Source: Stellaceae bacterium
GTDB taxonomy: Bacteria; Pseudomonadota; Alphaproteobacteria; ATCC43930; CGMCC-115725
Length of the DNA stretch: 24,757 nucleotides
Assembly: GCA_036495885.1 (NCBI GenBank)
Contig: DASXMC010000579.1
Span: forward strand, 1-24,757
Direction of reading: 5' to 3'
Shown here: positions 7,456-16,492 of the stretch, in pieces
Layout: each line of letters begins with the position of its first letter
Numbering within the stretch: position 1 is the stretch's first letter
The notes under the pieces: model-generated
Seen by the model: only the letters and a program-made list of their open reading frames with translations
Database searches by the model: none
What the model was told of the DNA's origin: nothing
Made by a program: the position numbers and the translations under genes

Positions 7456-10155
7456 TCAACCGGCGGCGACGGGCTCTGGTGCTGCGCCCGCTTCTGCCCG
7501 TGAGGCAGGTTGGGTGGAACACATCTTGAGCAAGAGTGCCACGAGCCCGGTCCAGCCGGTTTGGTGGGCAGCGCCGAGACCGCGCCCGGTGTCGCCGTCA
7601 AAGAACTCGTAAAACAACAGATTATCGCGAAAATCGGGATTGGACTGCTCGATCGGCGAGTCTCCGAGGTATGGTCGGCGGCCCGCGGCGTCGGGCAGGA
7701 ACAATCGGCACAGCCGGCGCGCCAACTCGGCGGCGACCTCGCCCAGATGCAACAGATTGCACGAGCCGACCGGACATTCGACGCGGAAATCGTCGCCGTA
7801 ATAGCTGTGAAAGCGCTGTAACGCTTCGATCACCAGATAGTTGACCGGGAACCAGACCGGCCCGCGCCAGTTGGAATTGCCGCCGAACAACCCTGACCTC
7901 GCCTCGCCCGGTACATAACTGACACTGATGCTATTGCCGGCATACTCGAACACATAGGGGTGGGCTTGATGAAATTTGGATAGAGAACGCACGCCGTAGT
8001 CGGAGAGGAATGCGGTGGGGTCGAGCATCCGGGACAACAGCCGCTTCATGCGATGGCCGCGCAACAACGACAACAGGTGCTTGTCGCCGGCGCTGGGATC
8101 GTGCCAGCGCGACACCAGCCGCGCCAGTTGCGGGCGATGCTCCAAAAACCACAATGCGCGCCGGGTGAAGGCGGGCAGCCGGGCAAATACCGAGGAATCG
8201 AGCACCTCGACCGCGAACAGCGGGATCAGCCCGACCAAAGAACGCAGGCGCAGCGGGATTAGTCGGCCGTCGGGCAGGTGCAACACGTCGTAATAGAACT
8301 CGTCGGTTTCGTCCCACAAACCGATGCCGTTGCCGCCGATATTGGTCATCGATTCGGCGATATAGAGAAAGTGCTCGAAGAACTTTGAGGCGATGTCCTC
8401 ATAGACGTGGTCCTCGAGCGCCAGCTCAAGTGCGATGCGCATCAGGTTGAGCGTGTACATCGCCATCCACGCGGTGCCGTCCGACTGATTGATCGTGCCG
8501 CCGGTAGGCAATGGCGCGCTGCGGTCGAATATGCCGATATTGTCGAGGCCGAGAAAGCCGCCCTGGAAGATGTTGTGCCCCTCGACATCCTTGCGATTGA
8601 CCCACCAGGTGAAATTCAGCATCAGCCGGTGGAATACGCGTTCGAGGAACGGCCGGTCGGCGCGGCCGTCATGGCGCTCGCGGTCGATCTCATAAACCCG
8701 CCACGCCGCCCAGGCGTGCACCGGCGGGTTGACGTCGCCTAAGGCCCATTCATAAGCCGGAAGTTGGCCATTCGGGTGCATATACCAGTCGCGCGTCAAC
8801 AGCAGCAGCTGGCGCTTGGCGTATTGCGGATCGACCCCGGCCAGGATCACGGCATGAAAGGCAAGGTCCCACGCCGCGTACCAGGGATATTCCCATTTGT
8901 CCGGCACCGAGATGATGTCGGCGTTGTTGAGATGACGCCAGTCGGCGTTGCGCCCGTGCTTGCGCGGTTCGGGCGGCGGCGGCTGCAGAGCGTCGCCATC
9001 TAGCCATTCCGGGATGTCGATATAGTAAAATTGTTTGGTCCACAGCATTCCGGCAATCGCCTGCCGGTGCACCCGTCGCATCTCCGGATCATCGATACCG
9101 GTTTGCAGGGCGGCAAAGAATTCGTCGGCTTCGGCGCGCCGGCGTTGGAGGATCGCATCGAAGTCAGTAAAACCGGCACCGATCGCGCCGCCGGCCAACC
9201 GCAGCCGCACCCGCGTGCTGCCGCCGGCCGGTACGACCAACCGGTAGTGAGCCGCGGCCTTGGTGCCGAGAAGCGCCGGGTTTACCGCGTCGCGATCGCC
9301 GGCGACGATGTAGTCGTTGATCCCGTCCTTGAAATATTCACCGGTATTTTCTGTCCCCCACAGCCGCCGATTATTGGTTTCGTTCTCGCAAAACAGGAAC
9401 TCGGGCGCGCCATCGCAAACCAGATGCATCGGCGGCAGCAACGGGTGATCGACAGACAGGACATTACCGGGCGCCGAAAGCCTCGGACGCATCGAATCGG
9501 CTCGCCACGACCAGATGTTACGCGCCCAAATTTGCGGCAGCAGGTGCAGCCGGGACGCCTCGCGGGCGCGGTTGTGCACCGTGACCCGGATCAGGATGTC
9601 TTCGGGATCGGCCTTGGCGTACTCGATTTCGATGTCGAAATAGCGGTCATCGGCGAAAATGCCGGTATCGATCAGCTCGAACTCGGGCTGATCCCGACCG
9701 CGTCGCCGGTTCTCTTCGACCAATTGCGCGTAAGGAAAGGCAGCCTGCGGATATTTGTAGAGCATTCGCATGTAGGAATGCGTCGGCGTGCCGTCGAGAT
9801 AATAGTACAGTTCCTTGACGTCTTCGCCGTGATTGCCTTGGTGATTGGTCAGGCCGAACAGGCGTTCCTTGAGGATCCGATCGTTGCCGTTCCACAGAGC
9901 GAGGCCGAGACACAAGAGCAGCTGATCGTCGCCAAAACCGCCGATCCCGTCCTCGCCCCAGCGGTAGGCGCGGCCGCGGGCTTGCTCGTGAGAGAAGTAG
10001 TTCCACGCGTCGCCGTTAGGGCTGTAGTCCTCGCGTACCGTCCCCCATTGCCGTTCGCTCAGATAGGGCCCCCAACGTCGCCAGTGAACTCCGCGGCTTA
10101 TCGCCGTGAGCCGCGCCCCCTCAGCCGTCGCCGGCCAGCCATTGTCTGCCGCCAT
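7456..10155 (-). CDS. GH63-like / MGH1-like glycoside hydrolase (glucosidase), 899 aa
   Basis: WGPYLSERQWGTVREDYS, KERLFGLTNHQGNHGEDVKE, PDKWEYPWYAAWDLAFH, GFLGLDNIG, GGNSNWRGPVW, FYEFFDGDTGRGLGAAHQTGWTG. Confidence 0.88.
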   Translation of the reverse strand: MAADNGWPATAEGARLTAISRGVHWRRWGPYLSERQWGTVREDYSPNGDAWNYFSHEQARGRAYRWGEDGIGGFGDDQLLLCLGLALWNGNDRILKERLFGLTNHQGNHGEDVKELYYYLDGTPTHSYMRMLYKYPQAAFPYAQLVEENRRRGRDQPEFELIDTGIFADDRYFDIEIEYAKADPEDILIRVTVHNRAREASRLHLLPQIWARNIWSWRADSMRPRLSAPGNVLSVDHPLLPPMHLVCDGAPEFLFCENETNNRRLWGTENTGEYFKDGINDYIVAGDRDAVNPALLGTKAAAHYRLVVPAGGSTRVRLRLAGGAIGAGFTDFDAILQRRRAEADEFFAALQTGIDDPEMRRVHRQAIAGMLWTKQFYYIDIPEWLDGDALQPPPPEPRKHGRNADWRHLNNADIISVPDKWEYPWYAAWDLAFHAVILAGVDPQYAKRQLLLLTRDWYMHPNGQLPAYEWALGDVNPPVHAWAAWRVYEIDRERHDGRADRPFLERVFHRLMLNFTWWVNRKDVEGHNIFQGGFLGLDNIGIFDRSAPLPTGGTINQSDGTAWMAMYTLNLMRIALELALEDHVYEDIASKFFEHFLYIAESMTNIGGNGIGLWDETDEFYYDVLHLPDGRLIPLRLRSLVGLIPLFAVEVLDSSVFARLPAFTRRALWFLEHRPQLARLVSRWHDPSAGDKHLLSLLRGHRMKRLLSRMLDPTAFLSDYGVRSLSKFHQAHPYVFEYAGNSISVSYVPGEARSGLFGGNSNWRGPVWFPVNYLVIEALQRFHSYYGDDFRVECPVGSCNLLHLGEVAAELARRLCRLFLPDAAGRRPYLGDSPIEQSNPDFRDNLLFYEFFDGDTGRGLGAAHQTGWTGLVALLLKMCSTQPASRAEAGAAPEPVAAG

Positions 10156-10442
10156 GGCGTGTCTCCCGGAAATCCGCCTCTAACGCGTTACTGTGCGATT
10201 CGGCGGAAAGGGCCCAAACCGCAGCCGAGCAGGCACGATGGCCAAAGCGGAGCGCTGTAAATGCTCCGGTCCGCTCACGGCGCCGAAGGCCTGCTTGCTG
10301 ATTTCGCCCAGCGTCATCGGCAAAATCTCCTGGCGCCCGCCATCGCCAAACCTTGACATGCTCGCATTTGGCAACATTGCGCTGTTATACCCGTTGATTG
10401 GTGGCGTGCGCGTGGCGGCGCGCCGGTTCTTGGGGGGAAACG

Positions 10443-11585
10443 ATGAACGGCAGACCGCTTCATCCGGCGACGCTTGCGGCTCAGGCGCTGGGCTGGACTG
10501 ATATCCAGACCGGAGCCGTCGTGGCGCCGGTGCATGTTGCTACCACCTTTCAGCGCGATCCCGATAACCAATATCGGCGCGGGCGCTGCTACGGGCGCGA
10601 CGACAACCCGAGCTACGACCAGCCGCAGGCTTTGCTGACCGCACTCGAAGGCGGTGCGGCGAGCTTGCTGTTCGCGTCGGGGATGGCGGCAGCCGCGGCG
10701 GTGTTCCAAAGCCTGCCGCGCGGTGCGCATGTCGTCGCATCGCGGGTCATGTATTGGGGATTACGCAACTGGCTGATCAATTTTGCCGATGGCGGCGGGA
10801 TCGACGTCGACTTTGTCGATGCGGCAGCATTGGGCGCATTGCAGGCAGCGATTCGCCCGGGCCAGACCCGACTCGTCTGGATCGAAACGCCGGCCAATCC
10901 GCTGTGGTCGGTCACCGACATCACCGGCGCCGCCGAGATCGCCCACGCCGTCGGGGCGGTTTTGGGTGTCGACAGCACTGTGGCGACCCCGGTTCTGACC
11001 CGGCCTTTGGCGCTCGGCGCCGACCTCGTCATGCATTCGGCGACCAAATATCTGAACGGACACAGCGATGTCGTCGCCGGCAGCCTGACCACCGCGCGCC
11101 AGGATGCGTTCTGGGAACGGATTTGCCGAACGCGCAGCGGCAACGGCGCGATCCTCGGCAGCTTCGAGGCTTTTTTGCTGCTGCGCGGAATGCGTACATT
11201 GTTTCCGCGAGTCGAGCGCGCCAGTCGGTCCGCGCAGCAGATCGCCGAAGCATTGGCGTCCCATTCTCGGGTAGCCGAAGTGCTCTATCCCGGTTTGTCG
11301 AGCCACCCAGGACACGCGATCGCCGCGCGCCAAATGATCGGAGGCTTTGGCGGGATGTTGAGCATTCGCGTCAAGGCAGGTGCGGCGGCCGCGATCGCCG
11401 CCGCCGCGAAGGTCGAGGTTTGGCAGCGCGCCACCTCTCTCGGCGGGGTCGAAAGCCTGATCGAGCACCGCGCCTCGATCGAGGGCGACGACAGCCCGGT
11501 TCCGCCCGACCTCTTGCGCCTCTCGGTTGGGATCGAAGACCCCGCCGACTTGATCGCCGATCTCGACGCCGCATTGGCCCTATGA
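10443..11585 (+). CDS. Trans-sulfuration PLP enzyme (cystathionine gamma-synthase/lyase, MetB-like)
   Basis: YGRDDNP, FASGMAA, WIETPANP, VDSTVATP, PLP-Lys motif MHSATKYLNGHSD, SLGGVESL, LLRLSVGIE. ATG 10443 follows GGGGGGAAAC. The exact reaction cannot be assigned by eye. Confidence 0.9.
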   Translation: MNGRPLHPATLAAQALGWTDIQTGAVVAPVHVATTFQRDPDNQYRRGRCYGRDDNPSYDQPQALLTALEGGAASLLFASGMAAAAAVFQSLPRGAHVVASRVMYWGLRNWLINFADGGGIDVDFVDAAALGALQAAIRPGQTRLVWIETPANPLWSVTDITGAAEIAHAVGAVLGVDSTVATPVLTRPLALGADLVMHSATKYLNGHSDVVAGSLTTARQDAFWERICRTRSGNGAILGSFEAFLLLRGMRTLFPRVERASRSAQQIAEALASHSRVAEVLYPGLSSHPGHAIAARQMIGGFGGMLSIRVKAGAAAAIAAAAKVEVWQRATSLGGVESLIEHRASIEGDDSPVPPDLLRLSVGIEDPADLIADLDAALAL

Positions 11586-11736
11586 CGCTAGGGGTGCGGG
11601 TCGGAATCATTAATTTAATATAGAATCTGAACCAATTACTTTGATGTTATGCGAGAGCGGAGGTTGATTTCCGCGGACCATAAAATAAATCGCGATTGTG
11701 AATCGCATTCTACGCGATCACGGGACGTTAAGAAGC

Positions 11737-11874
11737 ATGCTGTTGCGGCTGTTCCGCGTGGCGGTAGTGGTCGGGCTCTTGGCCTTGGCGGCCGAATGCC
11801 TGAATTTATCGCATTCGCTGAGCGAGCTTGTACAAATGCCGCTTGCCGATTGGCCCCGGACGCTCGATCGCTAA
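11737..11874 (+). CDS. Putative 45-aa small membrane or secreted protein; absent from ORF track
   Basis: ATG 11737 to TAA 11874: MLLRLFRVAVVVGLLALAAECLNLSHSLSELVQMPLADWPRTLDR. Hydrophobic N-terminal stretch; AT-rich upstream region; weak RBS. Confidence 0.45.
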   Translation: MLLRLFRVAVVVGLLALAAECLNLSHSLSELVQMPLADWPRTLDR

Positions 11875-11894
11875 AGGGTCTGCGGCGCCGGCCG

Positions 11895-12284
11895 TTATAG
11901 CATCCCGAGTTCGAGCCGCGCTTCTTCGCTCATCCGCTCCGGCGTCCAGGGCGGGGTCCAAACCAGTTTGACCCGCACGTCGCTCACTCCGGGAACGCCG
12001 AGGATCGCGGTTTCGACTTCGCCCGGCATGCTCGCGGCCACGGGGCAAGCCGGGGTGGTCAGTGTCATCTCGACAAAGACCACGCCGTCCTTTTTGACGA
12101 TGAGTTCGTAGATCAGCCCGAGTTCGACCAGATCCATCGGGATTTCCGGATCGCGCACGGTCTTCAACGCTTCGAGCACCGGCCCCATCAAGGCCGGGTC
12201 ATCCTCGCCTTCCGGCCGCTCGACCGCTTCGCCCGTTTCGCCGGGCGGCGTCTCTTCGAAATCGAACGGATCTCGCCCCGTCAT
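11895..12284 (-). CDS. sufT: Fe-S assembly factor SufT (DUF59/MIP18/PaaD-like)
   Basis: DPEIPMDLVELGLIY, TLTTPACPVA, VWTPPWTPERMSEEARLELG; last gene of the suf operon. Confidence 0.9.
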   Translation of the reverse strand: MTGRDPFDFEETPPGETGEAVERPEGEDDPALMGPVLEALKTVRDPEIPMDLVELGLIYELIVKKDGVVFVEMTLTTPACPVAASMPGEVETAILGVPGVSDVRVKLVWTPPWTPERMSEEARLELGML

Positions 12285-12300
12285 CGTCTGGCTCCCTCGG

Positions 12301-12762
12301 TTACTCTGTCTTTGCCGTCCCGCCGCCGCCCTTCAACGCGGCTTCCAGCGCGTGCCACGACAAGGTCGCGCATTTGACTCGGGCGGGATAGGCTTTGACC
12401 CCGGTCAGGGGTTCGAGGCGCTCCATCTCTTCGGCCAAAGGCTCGGGCAGCGGGCTGTCCTCTCCGCCGGTCACGCGGGCATGGAAATGCGCGAAGAGTT
12501 CGCGCGCCTCGGCAACGGTTTTGCCCTTCAGCACCTCGGTCATCAGCGATGCGGCTGCGGTCGAGATCGCACAGCCGCGTCCCTCAAAGGCCAAATCGGC
12601 GATATGGTCGCCATCCATGGTCAGATAGAGGGTGACTCGGTCGCCGCATAACGGGTTATGGCCCTGCGCCGTGTGGGTCGGGTGCTCGATCTTGCGGAAG
12701 TTGCGCGGGTGGCGTCCGTGGTCGAGGATGATGTCTTGGTAAAGTTCACGCAGATCCATCAT
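12301..12762 (-). CDS. sufU: SUF-system NifU-family sulfurtransferase SufU
   Basis: LRELYQDIILDHGRHPRNF, HNPLCGD, GCAISTA, RVKCATL (three Cys plus Asp). Lacks the IscU LPPVK motif. ATGA overlap with sufS. Confidence 0.9.
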   Translation of the reverse strand: MMDLRELYQDIILDHGRHPRNFRKIEHPTHTAQGHNPLCGDRVTLYLTMDGDHIADLAFEGRGCAISTAAASLMTEVLKGKTVAEARELFAHFHARVTGGEDSPLPEPLAEEMERLEPLTGVKAYPARVKCATLSWHALEAALKGGGGTAKTE

Positions 12763-14021
12763 CGAAACATTTCCCTGGCGGCGAGGGTTGCCTCGACCAG
12801 AGCGTCCACGTCGCGCTCGTCATTGTAAACGCCGAGCGAGGCGCGCACCGTTCCGGCGAGACCCAGCTTGTCCATCAGTGGTTGCGCGCAGTGATGGCCG
12901 ACCCGCACCGCGACATTGTGCTGGTCGAGAATGGTGCCAACGTCGTGCGGATGGACGCCGTCGAGATTGAAGGACATCACCCCCAGCTGGCGCTGACCGG
13001 CTCCGAGCAGCCGCAAACCCGGGATCCGCGACAAGCGATCGACCGCGTAGCCGGTTAAATCTGCTTCATGCTCGCGAATATTCTCACGGCCGAGCGCCTC
13101 GACAAAGTCGATAGCCAAGCCGAGCCCGATGGCGCCGGCAATATCGGGCGTCCCCGCCTCGAAGCGATGCGGCGGTTCCTGAAACTCGGTCCTGGCGAGT
13201 GTCACCTGCTCGATCATGCCGCCGCCGGTTTGCCAGGGCGGCATTGCCGAGAGCATCTCGCGGCGGGCGTAGAGAACGCCGATCCCGGTCGGTCCGTAGA
13301 GTTTGTGCCCGGTAAACGCATAAAAGTCGCAACCCAAAGCCTGCACGTCGAGCGGCAGGCGGGGTGCGGCTTGGCTGCCGTCGATCAGCACCTTGGCACC
13401 CTTGGCGTGCGCCAGCTCGACGATCCGCGCTACCGGCAACAGCGCGCCAGTGACATTCGAAATATGGGTGATCGCCACCAATCGCGTGCGCGGCGACAGT
13501 AGCGCCTCGAAATGCGTGAGATCGAATTCGCCGGTCTGGTCGGTCGGAGCCATCACCAGCCGGCCGCCGCCGCGCTCGCACAGCATCTGCCACGGCACAA
13601 AATTCGAGTGGTGCTCCAAATCGCTGACCACCACCTCGTCACCGGCTCGAACAAAGCTGCCGCCCCAAGAGAAGGCGACAAGGTTGATCGCCTCCGTCGT
13701 GTTGCGGACAAAGACAATCTCGTCCTGATCTGCGGCGTTCAGAAAGGCACGCGTCTTTTGCCGCGCTTCCTCGAACAAATCGGTCGAGCGCTCGCTTAAA
13801 TGGTAAACGCCGCGATGAACATTGGCGTAGTCGTTGCGATAGTAGTCGGCGATCCCATCGATCACGGTCCGCGGCTTTTGCGCGCTCGCCGCCGTATCGA
13901 GGAAGACAAGGCCTGGATTGCTGGCGAAGATCGGAAATTCTTCGCGCAATCGGCGCGGATCGAAGCCGCCCGGCGAGCGCCGTCGGCCAAGATCGGAGAT
14001 TATCGGGCTGGCCGTCGTCAT
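12759..14021 (-). CDS. sufS: Cysteine desulfurase SufS
   Basis: FLDTAASAQKP, YANVHRG, EHHSNFVPWQ, PLP-Lys FTGHKLYGPTG, RFEAGTP, catalytic RVGHHCAQPL. Confidence 0.95.
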   Translation of the reverse strand: MTTASPIISDLGRRRSPGGFDPRRLREEFPIFASNPGLVFLDTAASAQKPRTVIDGIADYYRNDYANVHRGVYHLSERSTDLFEEARQKTRAFLNAADQDEIVFVRNTTEAINLVAFSWGGSFVRAGDEVVVSDLEHHSNFVPWQMLCERGGGRLVMAPTDQTGEFDLTHFEALLSPRTRLVAITHISNVTGALLPVARIVELAHAKGAKVLIDGSQAAPRLPLDVQALGCDFYAFTGHKLYGPTGIGVLYARREMLSAMPPWQTGGGMIEQVTLARTEFQEPPHRFEAGTPDIAGAIGLGLAIDFVEALGRENIREHEADLTGYAVDRLSRIPGLRLLGAGQRQLGVMSFNLDGVHPHDVGTILDQHNVAVRVGHHCAQPLMDKLGLAGTVRASLGVYNDERDVDALVEATLAAREMFR

Positions 14022-14022
14022 C

Positions 14023-15348
14023 TTATTCCTCCAATGCGGCGAGCCGGCGCACGAGCCGGCGCCGCAGATGCTCGCGCAACGCCGCCGGTCGGACGATGTC
14101 GACCGCCTCGCCTAAAAAGCCCTCGACCAGCATGTGCCGCGCCTCGTCGCGCGGGATGCCGCGGGCCAACAGATAGAACAGCGCCGCCTCATCGAGGTCG
14201 CCGACAGCCGCGCCATGGCTGCATTTGACGTCGTCGGCCAGGATCTCGAGCTCGGGTTTGGTGTCGATCGCGGCGTGCGCGCCAATCAACAGATTGCGGC
14301 TCAGCATGTGCGCATCGACCTTTTGCGCATCGGGGCGCACCGTGATCCGGCCCTGGAAGGCGCCGTGTGCGCGGCCGGCCGCCACCCCCTTGAAGACCTC
14401 GCGGGTCTCGCCGCGCGCCGCCCGGTGATCGACCGTCGTGACAATATTCGCCTGCTGATGGTGCTGTGCGAGAAACGCGCCGTGGAGACCGCAATAGGCG
14501 CCCTCGCCGTCGCTGCGCACGAACGCCTCTTGCCGAATTGCGGCGCCGCCGAGGAGCAGGGCGAAGCTTTCGAGCCGCGCCGCGGGACCGAGTGCAGCGT
14601 CGAACACCGCGAAATGGGTGGCTTCATCGGCCTCTTCGACCAGTGCAACCCGGTCTACTGCCGCCCCCGCGGCGAGCTGCAGCGCCACGACGTCATTGCG
14701 CCAATAGCGGCCGTCGCCGAGGTACACCTCGATCAATCGCACCCGGCTCTCGGGACCCAAACTCACCAGGCTGCGGGTATGCAGCGAAGCGGCGATCTCA
14801 CCGGAAGCGATATGGACGATTTCGATCGGCTCTTCGAGCACAGCGCCGGGGGCGACGTCGAGAACAAAACCGTCGGTAAAACAGGCCGCGTTCAGACCCG
14901 CAAACGGTTGGTCGGGCTGGTGCGAGAGCGCTTCGAGTGCGGCTTGGACGAGATCGGGCCGGGTCTCGACCGCTTGGCGCGTCGGGCGCAGCGATATGCC
15001 TCGGGGCAGGTCCGTTATCGCCGACAATTCGGCCGAAAAACAGCCGTCGACCAGAACCAATCGGGCCGCCGCGGCCGAAAAGCCGATCGCGGCAAGTGTT
15101 GCTGCAGCCTCGCCGTTTGCGGCGGCGCGGCCGGCGGCGGCGGGAGGCAGCGGAGCTTGTTCGAGCGGGCGCAGATCGAGATAGCGCCAAGCTTCGCCGC
15201 GCCGGCTCGGAAACCCTTGCTCGGCAAACTTGGCGAGCGCTCGCCGGCGCCGCTGTGCCAACCACTCCGGCTCGCCGGCAAACCCGCGCGCCCCATCGAT
15301 ATAGGGCCGCGCCTCGGGCTTGACCGGGAAGTCGAGAACCGCGCTCAT
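14023..15348 (-). CDS. sufD: Fe-S cluster assembly protein SufD
   Basis: GFPSRRGEAWRY, FQGRITVRPDAQKVDA, SRNLL, IDTKPELEILADDVKCSHGA, LFYLLARGI. Confidence 0.93.
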   Translation of the reverse strand: MSAVLDFPVKPEARPYIDGARGFAGEPEWLAQRRRRALAKFAEQGFPSRRGEAWRYLDLRPLEQAPLPPAAAGRAAANGEAAATLAAIGFSAAAARLVLVDGCFSAELSAITDLPRGISLRPTRQAVETRPDLVQAALEALSHQPDQPFAGLNAACFTDGFVLDVAPGAVLEEPIEIVHIASGEIAASLHTRSLVSLGPESRVRLIEVYLGDGRYWRNDVVALQLAAGAAVDRVALVEEADEATHFAVFDAALGPAARLESFALLLGGAAIRQEAFVRSDGEGAYCGLHGAFLAQHHQQANIVTTVDHRAARGETREVFKGVAAGRAHGAFQGRITVRPDAQKVDAHMLSRNLLIGAHAAIDTKPELEILADDVKCSHGAAVGDLDEAALFYLLARGIPRDEARHMLVEGFLGEAVDIVRPAALREHLRRRLVRRLAALEE

Positions 15349-15427
15349 CGCGAACCTTCCCGATAAACCGGGCGAATTTGATACGGTTCAGCCCCGCAAA
15401 GGAGCGCGTGAGAAAACCCCCAAGAGA

Positions 15428-15575
15428 TGTCATTCCGGCGCGCTGGCAACGCCAGCGAGCCCGGAACCCATGAAACCGGCGCTTCGGAAGATACAAGAGG
15501 CGCCGTTTTGATAGGTTCCGGGCCTGCCCCCTGTTCAGGACAGGGGCAGGCTCTGACGGGCACCCCGGAATGACA
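15428..15575. repeat. REP-dimer element B (same architecture as A), between sufC and sufD
   Basis: Perfect 11-bp terminal IR TGTCATTCCGG (15428-15438) / CCGGAATGACA (15565-15575). Hairpin CGCTGGC-aac-GCCAGCG. Inner IR GCCCGGAACC / GGTTCCGGGC. Inserted hairpin CCTGCCCCCTGT-tcagg-ACAGGGGCAGG. Confidence 0.88.
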
Positions 15576-15633
15576 ATCCCTATGCGATCCGATTTCGATG
15601 ATTGAGCGGTTCATCGGCCAGCCCTTGCCAGCC

Positions 15634-16386
15634 TCAGGCCGCGTCGCCGAGGGCGGCGTAGCCGCGGCGCTCGAGTTCGGCCGCCAGCGTCTTGTCGCCG
15701 CTCTCGACGATGCGCCCGCCTTGCAGGACGTGTACGCGATCGGGCTCGACGTAATCGAGCAGGCGCTGGTAATGGGTGATCATGACGATCGCACGGTCGG
15801 GAGCGCGCTGCCGGTTGACGCCGCGCGCAACCACCCGCAACGCATCGATGTCGAGGCCGCTGTCCGTCTCGTCGAGGATTGCCAAGCGCGGCTCCAGCAT
15901 TGCCATCTGAAAGATTTCGTTGCGCTTTTTCTCGCCGCCGGAAAACCCGACATTGACCGCGCGCTGCAACAGATCCTCGCTGATGTCGAGTTCTTTGAGC
16001 TTGGCCCTGACCGAGCGCAGAAACTGGCCGGCGTCGAGCTCGGCTTCGCCGCGATGGCGGCGCTGCGCGTTCAACGCAGTACGCAGAAAATACATGTTGT
16101 TCACGCCGGGGATCTCGACCGGGTATTGGAAGGCTAGGAACAGCCCCTCGCGCGCCCGCTCGTCGGCCTGCATCGCCAACAGGTCGCGGCCACGATAGGT
16201 GACGTTGCCGGCGGTGACGTCGTAGCCTTCGCGGCCGGCCAGCACCGCGGCCAGCGTCGATTTGCCCGAGCCGTTGGGCCCCATGATCGCGTGCACCTCA
16301 CCCGGTTCGACCGCGAGATCGATACCTTTGAGGATCTCGCGTCCGTCGTCGGCGAGCCGCGCATGCAAATTGCTGATTTCGAGCAT
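15634..16386 (-). CDS. sufC: Fe-S cluster assembly ATPase SufC
   Basis: MLEISNLHA, GPNGSGKST, FLAFQYPVEIPGV, GFSGGEKKRNE, LDETDSGLDID, ITHYQRLL. RBS AGGAG at 16398-16402; start is ATG 16386 or TTG 16392. Confidence 0.95.
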   Translation of the reverse strand: MLEISNLHARLADDGREILKGIDLAVEPGEVHAIMGPNGSGKSTLAAVLAGREGYDVTAGNVTYRGRDLLAMQADERAREGLFLAFQYPVEIPGVNNMYFLRTALNAQRRHRGEAELDAGQFLRSVRAKLKELDISEDLLQRAVNVGFSGGEKKRNEIFQMAMLEPRLAILDETDSGLDIDALRVVARGVNRQRAPDRAIVMITHYQRLLDYVEPDRVHVLQGGRIVESGDKTLAAELERRGYAALGDAA

Positions 16387-16406
16387 TAGCAAAGGATCTC
16401 CTGGAT

Positions 16407-16484
16407 CGTCGCCCCCGCGAAAGCGGGGGTCCAGGGCAACCGACAAGCCGTCGCCCCTGGATTCCCGCTTGCGCGGGAATGACG
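16407..16484. repeat. REP-dimer element C (second CGTC family), between sufB and sufC
   Basis: Left unit CGTC-GCCCCCGC-GAAA-GCGGGGGT-CCAGGG. Right unit on the minus strand CGTC-ATTCCCGC-GCAA-GCGGGAAT-CCAGGG. The units are inverted and both loops are GNRA. Confidence 0.9.
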
Positions 16485-16492
16485 AACGAAAG

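Noticed and set aside
10156-10442. SAM riboswitch, sigma70 promoter (TTGACA at 10353-10358) or 65-aa ORF upstream of the MetB-like gene
   Set aside because: No SAM-II or SAM-SAH consensus is visible. No -10 hexamer lies at 16-18 bp from TTGACA. ORF 10180-10377 has no recognisable features.
11600-11720. Irr (ICE), Fur or RirA box in the AT-rich tract
   Set aside because: Only a half-site (TATAGAA) resembles ICE, and no full symmetric match is present.
16387-16446. N-terminal extension of SufC (MSVALDPRFRGGDD...) in the ORF track
   Set aside because: It is a translation of REP element C. The RBS at 16398-16402 places the start at 16386 or 16392.
5755-16484. CRISPR array or autonomous IS interpretation of the repeats
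   Set aside because: The repeats are inverted dimers dispersed over 10 kb, not regularly spaced direct repeats. No cas or transposase ORF is present.
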